DNA of 16,089 nucleotides from an uncultured Candidatus Bathyarchaeia archaeon (GTDB taxonomy: Archaea > Thermoproteota > Bathyarchaeia > Bathyarchaeales > Bathycorpusculaceae). The stretch covers positions 1 through 16,089 of the forward strand of contig CAYVGZ010000034.1 of assembly GCA_964450845.1 (NCBI GenBank). Reading direction: 5' to 3'. Made by a program: the position numbers and the translations under genes. Positions 8,519 through 15,781 of this stretch are shown piece by piece; position 1 is the first letter of the stretch, and every line of letters begins with the position of its first letter. The notes beneath the pieces are model-generated. The model saw only the letters and a list, made by a program, of their open reading frames with translations. It did not search any database and had not been told where the DNA came from.

Positions 8519-10795
8519 TTACTTTCTGCGCATTATAAAGTATACAGCCAACGCGCCGACTACTATGAAAATGACTGCTACAGCTACAATCAAGGTCCAG
8601 TCGATTTCAGGAGCCTTTGCTTCCTCAATCGTGAAGTATACAGTGCTTGACGATCCAATGAGACCTGTAGTGTCATTTGCGTATACTTTTATACGGTGCG
8701 TTCCGAGAGACAAACCAGTTAGCGTGGCACTGGTTCCAGTAATGGTTACGTTTGCTGCTCCATCTAAACTGTATTTAATCCACTCTGTTGCCTCACTGAC
8801 GCTTAATCTCAGATCTAGCGACGTCGACGTGTATGTTGTATTTGCTGGGGAGAGAATGATTACCACGGGTGGCACTGGAGTCGCGACGATAACAAAGTAA
8901 ACTGTGTTTGATATCCCCATGTTCCCGTTTGTGTCGTTTGCGTAGACGATTATTTTGTGGGATCCATAAGATAGTCCAGTTAATGTACGGTTTCCTGTGA
9001 TGGTTACGTTTGCTGTTCCATCCATACTATAACCAATCCAAGAGGTTGTCTCATCAACAGTGAAGATCAACGAAACATTTGTTGTGTCGTATGTTGCGTT
9101 GGCAGGTGACAGAACGACTATTGTAGGTGGTAATTCTTCAGGCGCCGCTTCATAGATGTTGATCATAGTCAACCTGTTCATGCTGGTAAAGATTCCGCCA
9201 GGCACAAAAGTGTAGTTGACCCATTCCTTGCGGATGGCATGAGTGTCATCACTCAAGAACAGCGGTATATACGGAACCAATTCTGCTGACAGCTCTTGTA
9301 CCTCAGTCGCCGCCGCTTTTCTCGCCGTGTCGTTAACAGCGTGCATTAAATCGTCTAGCGCTGCATCCATGGTAGCGTTGTGCAATCCAAAACAGTTGTC
9401 ACCCCAATCTCTGTCATTTATAGAGTGCATACGATACCAAACGTGATCTGGATAACCTGCGAAGCCATGACTCATCTCGTACATTCGATAATTTCGAGGA
9501 ATCGCCTAGAGGTTAGGATACATAACGGCATCGTCAGTTATCGAAACTGTGACGCTGATGCCGACTTCGGCAAGCTCGTCATGAATAGCCATTCCCGCAT
9601 CAACAGAAATAGTGTCCCAGCTAAGCACCTGCAGATCAAAAACCATGTTTCCTCCGGACGCAAAATTGCGAATGCCATCATCATCAGTATCATTGTATCC
9701 AGCATCATCTAACAGCTGGTTTGCGTAGGTTACGTTTTGCGCAGGGAACTTGCCAGATTCGTTATAGTATGCTGGGAAAAACGCCTCAGGTATAGTTGTC
9801 CAAGTTGCTGTGCCATAACCACCCCGTGCAACATCTATTATCTCCTGCCGATCAATAGCATAGCATATGGCTTCGCGTACAATCGGGTCGTCTAGGCCAG
9901 GGATTGTGAGGTTGAAACCTAAAACATAGTCCCATTGGCTAGCAATACCTGTAATTACCTTGAGTTCAGGTGCGGATTGAACGGCTTGGATGTCAGCGGC
10001 TCCCGTTAGCTCGTAACGTTCCGTGTCCGCCGTACCCTGCCTCATTGCAAGTATTCTGGCACTCTCGCCAAGGATAACATCGATTCGGATGCCGTCCACG
10101 TTTGGCTGTTTGCCCCACCAGTCCGTGTTCTTCTCCAACAGAATGTATTCATTTTCAACGCGCCCGACAAACTTGAATGGTCCGCTACCAGTATGAGCTG
10201 TTACATTGGCTGGATCGTCCCAGCATTCATTATGCTGAGAATTTCCATTTTGCCAGTCACCCCAGTCTCTTATGTGCTTAGGTACTATGTTGATTTCGCC
10301 GATTTGCATGAGGCCAAATCCGAGTGATTCGTTAAAAACTGCACTCACCGTGTACGCATCGTGAACCGTGCAACTGACCATTTTCTGCAGCAAAGTCCAA
10401 CGTAATGCGTCTTCTGGAGCCGCCTTTATGTACTCTAATGTAAACTCGACATCGCTGGCGTTCAACGCTACGCCGTCATGCCATTTCACTCCTTCCCGAA
10501 TGTGGAACGTGAAGTTTTTTGCATCTGGTGATATCTCCCAGCTCGTGGCAAGCCAAGGAATCGTATTCATCTCTGTATCGTAAGCTATGAGCGAATCATA
10601 AATCTGGATGAGGTACCATCCAGTCCTTTCGCTACGAGAGAATAGAGGATTCATCTCCCCAATATCAGAAGGATAAGCCATCACGAAGATATTTTCGTCT
10701 TCAGCTGCAACAGGCAGTGAACTAAGAGGACTGAAAATTGCTATCACTAGAAGTAAAAGCAAAATCGCATTGCAAGATATTTTTTTCTTTTCCAT
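8519..10795 (-). pseudogene. oppA: Peptide ABC transporter substrate-binding protein (OppA/DppA, family 5) interrupted by one in-frame TAG; signal peptide, two Ig-like repeats and C-terminal membrane anchor
   Basis: ORFs 9506..10804 and 8519..9484 are in the same frame: ...CCT AAC CTC TAG GCG ATT CCT CGA AAT TAT CGA ATG TAC... Family-5 motifs IYDSLI...PWLATSW...FHIREGVKWHDG, GSGPFKF, LDDPIVREAICYAIDRQEI, LLDDAGYNDTDDDGIR, VPYIPLF. Could be a pseudogene, a sequencing error or read-through. Confidence 0.85.
8627..9130 (-). repeat. Two tandem ~81-aa Ig-like beta-sandwich repeats in the OppA C-terminal stalk
   Basis: PPTIVVLSPANATY...GYSMDGTANVTITG...LTGLSYGSHKIIVYANDTNG...TVYFVI (9130-8888) and PPVVIILSPANTTY...KYSLDGAANVTITG...LTGLSLGTHRIKVYANDTTG...TVYFTI (8872-8627); Ig-like fold is inferred from the beta pattern. 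Confidence 0.85.
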
Positions 10796-10834
10796 GTTAT
10801 ACACTAGCTCGAAACTCAGCTTTGCTATGTTTAC

Positions 10835-10844
10835 ATTTATAAAT
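10835..10844 (-). promoter_or_regulatory. Probable TATA box of the opp operon
   Basis: AAAATTTATAAATG on the minus strand ~40 nt upstream of ATG 10795, flanked by a direct repeat TTACATTT (10831-10838, 10849-10856, + strand). Confidence 0.55.
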
Positions 10845-10869
10845 TTTGTTACATTTTAGAGCAGATATT

Positions 10870-11496
10870 CTATTTATACTCTTTCAAGGAAATAATTTTT
10901 TCAGGAAGTTTCACGTTTTCACCGCAGTAGGGGCACATCTTGAATTCTGGTAGCAACGGTTTGCCACATGTCGGGCACAGGATTTGAAGATTCACTTTGT
11001 CTTCAAGTTTTTTAGTTTCTTTCCTTAGACTGCCTAATTCTGTTTTCATTTTCTCTACGGTTTCTTTTAGTGGGTGGATTTCTTTGACTTCTGTTCTTAC
11101 GTTGTATATTAGGTCCCTAACGTGTGCCAGAATTTCGTTGTTTGATTCTATTGTTTCGTTCATTGAGTCAAGTATTTCGCTTTTTTCTTCTAGTAGTTGG
11201 GCTTCAACTGTGCCTTGTGTCTTAGCGTCTGAAAGTATCTGGTTTAGGAAAGTTTCGACGGGGTTTGAGAAGGCTATTGCACATGTGGTGCCCCATAAAA
11301 TGAAGGTTGCAGTGGCGCTTGTCCAAAAATATGTTATGGGTGTTATGGTTTGCAGTTTTTCGTTTATGAAGGGATAGAGTTGGAGAAGTTTGATTTGGTT
11401 GTTGAAAATTAGGGCGGAAATTGCGTCAGCGAGATGCAGGAGGGCGATGAATGTTAAGGAGCTGAACAGCCATACTGATATTCCTATTTTGGCCAA
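10870..11496 (-). CDS. Membrane protein with coiled coil and C-terminal zinc ribbon
   Basis: Two hydrophobic segments (IGISVWLFSSLTFIALLHLADAISALIF; YFWTSATATFILWGTTCAIAF), heptad-like region, CPTCGKPLLPEFKMCPYCG. TTG 11496 has GAGGA and TTATATAC upstream; TTG 11544 is the alternative start. Confidence 0.85.
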   Translation of the reverse strand: MAKIGISVWLFSSLTFIALLHLADAISALIFNNQIKLLQLYPFINEKLQTITPITYFWTSATATFILWGTTCAIAFSNPVETFLNQILSDAKTQGTVEAQLLEEKSEILDSMNETIESNNEILAHVRDLIYNVRTEVKEIHPLKETVEKMKTELGSLRKETKKLEDKVNLQILCPTCGKPLLPEFKMCPYCGENVKLPEKIISLKEYK

Positions 11497-11634
11497 GCAT
11501 ATTCCTCTAGTCTTATTGTATATAATTACAGTAGCGTATCTCAATATTTAATACAGATATTCCTATTTCAGATATATTTCGTGATGCGCAAATTCTAAAA
11601 GGGGTTGGTGCGTTGTATTATTGTGGGGTTTGGT

Positions 11635-12114
11635 TTGAAGGGTAATGTTGTTGGTGGGGGGCGTGGGGGTTTTGTTTTTCGTGTGAAGATGGGTGAGTAT
11701 GAGTTGGAGATTAGTGGGACTCGTGAGGAGGTTTTGAGGACGGTTGAGGAGTTGCCAAATTTGATTGGAAACGTTGACAGTGCTTTTGCGGATTTAAAGT
11801 CTAAAACAGCGGCGAAGGTCACGGTTAAAGCTGAAGCTAACAGGGAAGAGGCTGTTATGCAAAAGTTTCCAAAGGTTTTGAGGACTGAGAAGTGTGATGA
11901 GGCTGTTTTGAGGATTCTTGAGAGTGATTGGGGGAAATGGCGTCCGCGTACGGTGGTTGAGTTGAAGGATGCTTTGAAGGCTAATGAGTTAAAGTTTTCT
12001 GGTCGTATTTTGGCGGGGGTTCTTATGGGGCTTGTTAGGAAGGGGAAGGTTAGGCGTTGGAAGACTGATGCTGGGTATGTTTATATTCTTGCTGAAAGTG
12101 AAGCTTTGGCTTGA
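11635..12114 (+). CDS. Uncharacterised protein, N-terminal beta-hairpin/helix motif + C-terminal winged-helix-like domain (paralog A)
   Basis: FVFRVKMGEYELEISGTREEV; WGKWRPRTVVELKDALKAN...VLMGLVRKGKVRR...GYVYIL. Start uncertain (TTG 11605 or 11635). Confidence 0.8.
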   Translation: MKGNVVGGGRGGFVFRVKMGEYELEISGTREEVLRTVEELPNLIGNVDSAFADLKSKTAAKVTVKAEANREEAVMQKFPKVLRTEKCDEAVLRILESDWGKWRPRTVVELKDALKANELKFSGRILAGVLMGLVRKGKVRRWKTDAGYVYILAESEALA

Positions 12115-12126
12115 GAGAGATGTGGA

Positions 12127-12597
12127 ATGGGGAAGGTTGAAGCGCGGATAAAGACGCCTTTTGGCGAAATTGTGGTTGAGGGTGAAAGTGCGCAGGAAGT
12201 GCTTAGTGTGCTTGAGGCTTTTCCGGAGGGTTTTATGGAGAAGGTTGCGGGTTTGGTTTCTAGTCGGTTGGTTCCGTCGTCGGCTCAGTTGAAGGGTATT
12301 GTTGAGTTTACTACGGAGGGTCCTGTTTTGATAAGTCGTGAGAAGCTTACGCATTATGAGGCGATTGGGCTTGTGTTGTATACGTCTGAGGAGAAGCGGA
12401 ATACGGCTGCGCAGGTTCAGAGGCTTTTGGAGTCTAGTGGGATTAAGTGTATGGTGCCGGCTAGGCTTAATGAGATGACTAAGCGTGGTCAGGTGTTTAA
12501 GCCTGATCCTAGTAGGCCTGAGTTTAAGTTGACTGTGCAGGGTGAGCGTTGGGTTGAGGATGATGTTTTGTCTAGGCTACGGGGTAAGATGGGTTGA
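12127..12597 (+). CDS. Uncharacterised protein, beta-hairpin/helix + winged-helix-like domain (paralog B)
   Basis: VEARIKTPFGEIVVEGESAQEV; LTHYEAIGLVLY...ARLNEMTKRGQVFK...FKLTVQGERWV; 12 nt after paralog A. Confidence 0.85.
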   Translation: MGKVEARIKTPFGEIVVEGESAQEVLSVLEAFPEGFMEKVAGLVSSRLVPSSAQLKGIVEFTTEGPVLISREKLTHYEAIGLVLYTSEEKRNTAAQVQRLLESSGIKCMVPARLNEMTKRGQVFKPDPSRPEFKLTVQGERWVEDDVLSRLRGKMG

Positions 12598-13097
12598 GTG
12601 ATAAGATAGTTGTGCAGGTTAAGTTTGGTGATGTTGAGGAGACGTTTTCTGGTAGTGCTGAGGATGTTTGGTTGAGTTTGAATAGGTTTTTTGGCGAGTT
12701 TTTGCCTTCTTTTAGTGTTGCGAGGAGGCTTGTTTTGAGTGTGGATTTGGAGGGGCTTGTTAAGGCGTGTGAGGGTTTGATTGCGTTTTCTAAAGAAGGT
12801 GCGAGTTTGCTTGTGGGTAAGGATAGGCTTACGGATAATGAGACTTTGTTGTTGTGGCTTTTGGCGTATCATGTGGGTCATGACTTGGGCGTGATTGGAA
12901 GTGACTGTGTTGGTAAGGAGGAGTTGCAGGCTAAGCTGGGGAAGAGTGGGAAGATTGTGAGTACGAGGCTTGGGGAGCTTGTTAAAAGCGATATGGTTGT
13001 GAAGAGTGCTGATGATAAGTTTAGGATTACGACTTTTGGCGTGGTGCAGATGCAGAAGGATATTATTCCAAAGATTAGGGCAAAACTAAGCAACTAA
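12594..13097 (+). CDS. Uncharacterised protein, beta-hairpin/helix + winged-helix-like domain (paralog C)
   Basis: IVVQVKFGDVEETFSGSAEDV; LTDNETLLLWLLAY...TRLGELVKSDMVVK...FRITTFG; TTGA start/stop overlap with paralog B. Confidence 0.85.
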   Translation: MSDKIVVQVKFGDVEETFSGSAEDVWLSLNRFFGEFLPSFSVARRLVLSVDLEGLVKACEGLIAFSKEGASLLVGKDRLTDNETLLLWLLAYHVGHDLGVIGSDCVGKEELQAKLGKSGKIVSTRLGELVKSDMVVKSADDKFRITTFGVVQMQKDIIPKIRAKLSN

Positions 13098-13106
13098 ACT
13101 AGTTTC

Positions 13107-13158
13107 CTCTGATGTGCGTTGCGGTAACTATAGCCCCCTTATAAATACATTGAACTTT
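13107..13158 (-). repeat. 52-bp diverged direct repeat, copy 1 (TATA-like core)
   Basis: Aligns without gaps to 14156-14207 (offset 1049): 37/52 identical by manual count, including exact CTCTGAT and exact 14-mer ATACATTGAACTTT. Confidence 0.75.
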
Positions 13159-13199
13159 GAGAAGACTCTGCGATTGAGAAATAGGGTCGTTTTGTGCTG

Positions 13200-13625
13200 T
13201 CATTCTGACGCGTTGTTGTTTGTCTTTTCGAATATTGTTTCTAGGTTTTGTTCATTAAATGTTATTTTGAAGTTTTTGAATATGTCTGTTCTTCCGAGGA
13301 GTCTTGGAACTTCGTCTGAGTCTGCGAATGATGCGTTAATGCGCATAATTGTGTCTTCTATTTTCATTTTGATTTTATGCGTGTACGCTGGAATCAGAAT
13401 TTTTCCTATTCCAACTATTGGTCGGTATTCGCCTTGGTAAAGGTTTAATTCGAGGATTTTTGCGTCGCTTTTGGTGAATAGTGACATGTCTGCGCCTGAG
13501 TCTACGTAAACTCTGAAGGCGAACCATTCGCCTTTGTTTGATTGTAGATAAATTCTTGCTGTGGGTCTGTAAATTGTTCCTTTTCTTGTTTGTTCTAGTG
13601 TGTATTTGAATATGTATCGTTTCAA
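13200..13625 (-). CDS. Retropepsin-like (clan AA) aspartic protease
   Basis: VYVDSGADMS catalytic D-S-G motif, flap IVGIG, C-terminal PRLLGRTDIFKNFKITF; TTG start overlaps the upstream stop (TTGA). Confidence 0.88.
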   Translation of the reverse strand: MKRYIFKYTLEQTRKGTIYRPTARIYLQSNKGEWFAFRVYVDSGADMSLFTKSDAKILELNLYQGEYRPIVGIGKILIPAYTHKIKMKIEDTIMRINASFADSDEVPRLLGRTDIFKNFKITFNEQNLETIFEKTNNNASE

Positions 13626-13834
13626 AGGATTAACTCGTCCGCTATTTGGATGTAGTAGATTTCTATTTGTTCGGGTTTGAGTTTTGGGTGTTTTTGTAGG
13701 GCTTGTTTTAATGCTTCATCTGAGTTGTTTCCGTGGGCTATTATTTTGTTTCTGTATATGGCTACGTGTTTTCCTCTGTATTTCTGGTATTCTTTTGGGC
13801 TTATTTGAGGAGCTTTGATTATGGTTTCAACCAT
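13622..13834 (-). CDS. Small DUF5678-like protein
   Basis: YQKYRGKHVAIYRNKIIAHGNNSDEALKQALQKHP fits the DUF5678 pattern as I recall it; GAGGA 6 nt upstream of ATG; coupled to the protease gene. Confidence 0.8.
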   Translation of the reverse strand: MVETIIKAPQISPKEYQKYRGKHVAIYRNKIIAHGNNSDEALKQALQKHPKLKPEQIEIYYIQIADELIL

Positions 13835-13943
13835 TGCTTATCCTCAAAATATTTAGTGGTTGAATGGTTATTTAGTCTTATGGCGATTATGCAATACATT
13901 TTAGCTGTTTTTATATGGGATAATACTTATTCTTCATATGCGC

Positions 13944-14060
13944 TCATTTCAGCTCGATGTATTCTCCATCTGTTGGTTCATACTTAATTTTAATTACTTT
14001 GAAGTTAGTGTGAATTCTTGGAGGTTCTTTTCTGATGTCTTTTAACACTTCAACGCTCAT
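13944..14060 (-). CDS. Possible 38-aa small protein or gene remnant (not in the ORF track)
   Basis: ATG 14060 to TGA 13944: MSVEVLKDIRKEPPRIHTNFKVIKIKYEPTDGEYIELK; same strand and A/C-rich coding bias as the downstream pair. Confidence 0.3.
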   Translation of the reverse strand: MSVEVLKDIRKEPPRIHTNFKVIKIKYEPTDGEYIELK

Positions 14061-14155
14061 GGCTTTAGCCCTTATGAATGATATCTTGATTCGCGTTTAT
14101 ATCCTCTTATGAATATCATTCCGAAGATTAAGGCGAAAGTCGGCAGTTAAGCAGT

Positions 14156-14207
14156 CTCTGATAGTCTCTGTGGTGACCAGACCCCTCCCTTATATACATT
14201 GAACTTT
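14156..14207 (-). repeat. 52-bp diverged direct repeat, copy 2 (possible promoter of the small ORF/DUF5678/protease unit)
   Basis: Minus strand AAAGTTCAATGTATATAAGGGAGGGGTCTGGTCACCACAGAGACTATCAGAG; overlaps a tandem AGTCTCTG x2 (14153-14160, 14163-14170). Confidence 0.75.
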
Positions 14208-14469
14208 AGCTTCTGACGCTTTGTTGTTGAGGCGTATTTTAGGAGTGAAAACCAGCCAATACAGGTAGACACTGCCTTATATGTAATAATCCTCATTCGG
14301 GTTTGGGATAAAACTTTACTGTATGCTTTTTGGAAAAGGTAATCGGAAAGACTCATCCAATTGACAAATTCAGCATGCTTATTGTCGAAATCAAGTAAAG
14401 CGCGCGAAAAAGCTCTATGAAAAGCAAAGTTTTCAGCAGAAACCTTTCTCATTTCAGGACTAGAAAAAC

Positions 14470-14513
14470 CAGAAATTTTTTAAAATGAATCATACAATAT
14501 TGAAGCAAGAGGT
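14470..14513 (+). promoter_or_regulatory. Probable BRE/TATA box and ribosome-binding site of the 14522-15781 operon
   Basis: CAGAAA-TTTTTTAAAA at 14470-14485 and GAGGT at 14509-14513 upstream of TTG 14522. Confidence 0.45.
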
Positions 14514-14521
14514 AAGCTAAT

Positions 14522-14980
14522 TTGAGTCAAGAAATAAAGAAAGAGCGAAATGAGCACACAAAAATATCAGTTCGTTTAGGCGATTTCGAAGTCAACCTTG
14601 AGGGAACACAGGGGAACATTGAATCGCTAATGGGAAAGCGTCTTTATGACTTCATAAAGGGACTTCAAGACCTTACAGGAGAGGTAACAATCGCAGAGGA
14701 ACGAAAGAAAGAGCCAAAGGCGGCTGAAGAAGCTCCCCCAACGGAATACCCACCGCCTTTAGGTAAACCTGCTAACCTGTCTGAAGCGCTAACCAAGCTA
14801 ATGGTTGATACTGGATGGGGAAGCAAACCACGAACCCTTGGTGAGATAATGACCGCTCTAGAGACAAATGCGATATACTATAAGAAAGCCGCAGTAGCAA
14901 CTGTCCTCGTTACCTTAGTGAAGAGAGGAACTTTGCGCAGACTTGGGAGTCGCGGCAACTTCACTTATGTTGTGGCTTAG
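14522..14980 (+). CDS. Uncharacterised protein, beta-hairpin/helix + winged-helix-like domain (paralog D, closest to paralog A)
   Basis: TKISVRLGDFEVNLEGTQGNI; Pro/Ala/Glu linker; GWGSKPRTLGEIMTALETN...VLVTLVKRGTLRR...NFTYVV. Confidence 0.85.
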   Translation: MSQEIKKERNEHTKISVRLGDFEVNLEGTQGNIESLMGKRLYDFIKGLQDLTGEVTIAEERKKEPKAAEEAPPTEYPPPLGKPANLSEALTKLMVDTGWGSKPRTLGEIMTALETNAIYYKKAAVATVLVTLVKRGTLRRLGSRGNFTYVVA

Positions 14981-14995
14981 CTGGACGGCTCGTTC

Positions 14996-15781
14996 ATGGG
15001 GGAAAGAGCCAAAAACATAGGGAATGAAGCGGAAGAAAAAATATGCACTCTCCTCGGTTCCCTTGGATACGAATTTCAAGACATTAATGTCGAAGATTAT
15101 GATATTGATTCTATTGTAGATTCCCCACCAGACAGCCCTAAGGTTGGATTGGCGAGACCTCGGTATTCCCAAGAAGGACTTGCAGCAGTAGAAGTAAAGG
15201 AACCCAATGTAACCAAAGAAAAAGTTGATGCATTTCGCAGGAAAATCCTGAAGTATAACAGAGAAAACTCCAAGAAATTAGGTGGCGGAATTTACATTGC
15301 TGACTGCAAAATCTCACAGAAAATGATGGAATATATGAAAAGACGGCAAATATGGGGATGGGGACAAAAAAGGCTCAGATTATACAGAGAAAAAGCTACT
15401 ATTTTCGAGACTTGGTTCAACAAATCTTTTACCGCTGAAATCCCAATAGATGCTCACACATCATTCATTCGCGTTTCAACCTTAACTACAAGACAAATGC
15501 TTCGTTTCTCTGTATTTTTTGATGATGAAACGCGGAAGCTTTCGCCAAGCCTGTTGAACGAGATAATGCGGAAAATCAAAGAGAAATCACTATCTCCTTT
15601 GATTGATTTAGGAATAAGACCTTTGAACGTTTATTTTGAATTTTATTCAATTGGTGGATTGGGGATACGTCTCAGAGAAGAGACATACATGACTGTTGCA
15701 ATGCCTTGGAAAGACCAAGGAATAATTGTGCTAATTGACAAGGACTCGTTTAGAGATTATCGAACCTTTCCGACAGTGTAA
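14996..15781 (+). CDS. PD-(D/E)xK restriction-endonuclease-fold protein with an unassigned C-terminal domain
   Basis: GNEAEEKICTLLGSLGY helix, D36-I-D38, AVE66-V-K68, followed by VDAFRRKI...GGGIYIA as in Mrr/Hjc-like catalytic domains; 15 nt after paralog D. Confidence 0.75.
   Translation: MGERAKNIGNEAEEKICTLLGSLGYEFQDINVEDYDIDSIVDSPPDSPKVGLARPRYSQEGLAAVEVKEPNVTKEKVDAFRRKILKYNRENSKKLGGGIYIADCKISQKMMEYMKRRQIWGWGQKRLRLYREKATIFETWFNKSFTAEIPIDAHTSFIRVSTLTTRQMLRFSVFFDDETRKLSPSLLNEIMRKIKEKSLSPLIDLGIRPLNVYFEFYSIGGLGIRLREETYMTVAMPWKDQGIIVLIDKDSFRDYRTFPTV

Noticed and set aside
11989-12881. Minus-strand ORFs 11989..12354 and 12489..12881
   Set aside because: The minus strand here is A/C-rich and T-poor, so stops are rare; products are low-complexity K/T/N/Q/P strings antisense to coupled genes.
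13121-13141. GCGGTAACTATAGCCCCCTTA resembles 23S rRNA helix 69 / I-CeuI-type site as I recall it
   Set aside because: Only ~21 nt with mismatches, no flanking rRNA similarity, and copy 2 of the repeat lacks it; likely coincidence.
13134-13158. Repeat core with G-run as a possible ORB (origin recognition box)
   Set aside because: Lacks the TCCA..GGAAAC core, copies are direct rather than inverted around an AT-rich unwinding element, and no cdc6/orc1 gene in the window.
14147-14452. 101-aa minus-strand ORF
   Set aside because: No motif, no clear RBS, and its 3' part runs through the TATA-like repeat copy 2; may be spurious or a remnant.
3724-14980. Genome-wide TAG-to-pyrrolysine recoding
   Set aside because: Four genes in the window end in TAG at expected C-termini; in oppD the TAG abuts the next gene's GGAGG and read-through would add only a short out-of-frame tail.
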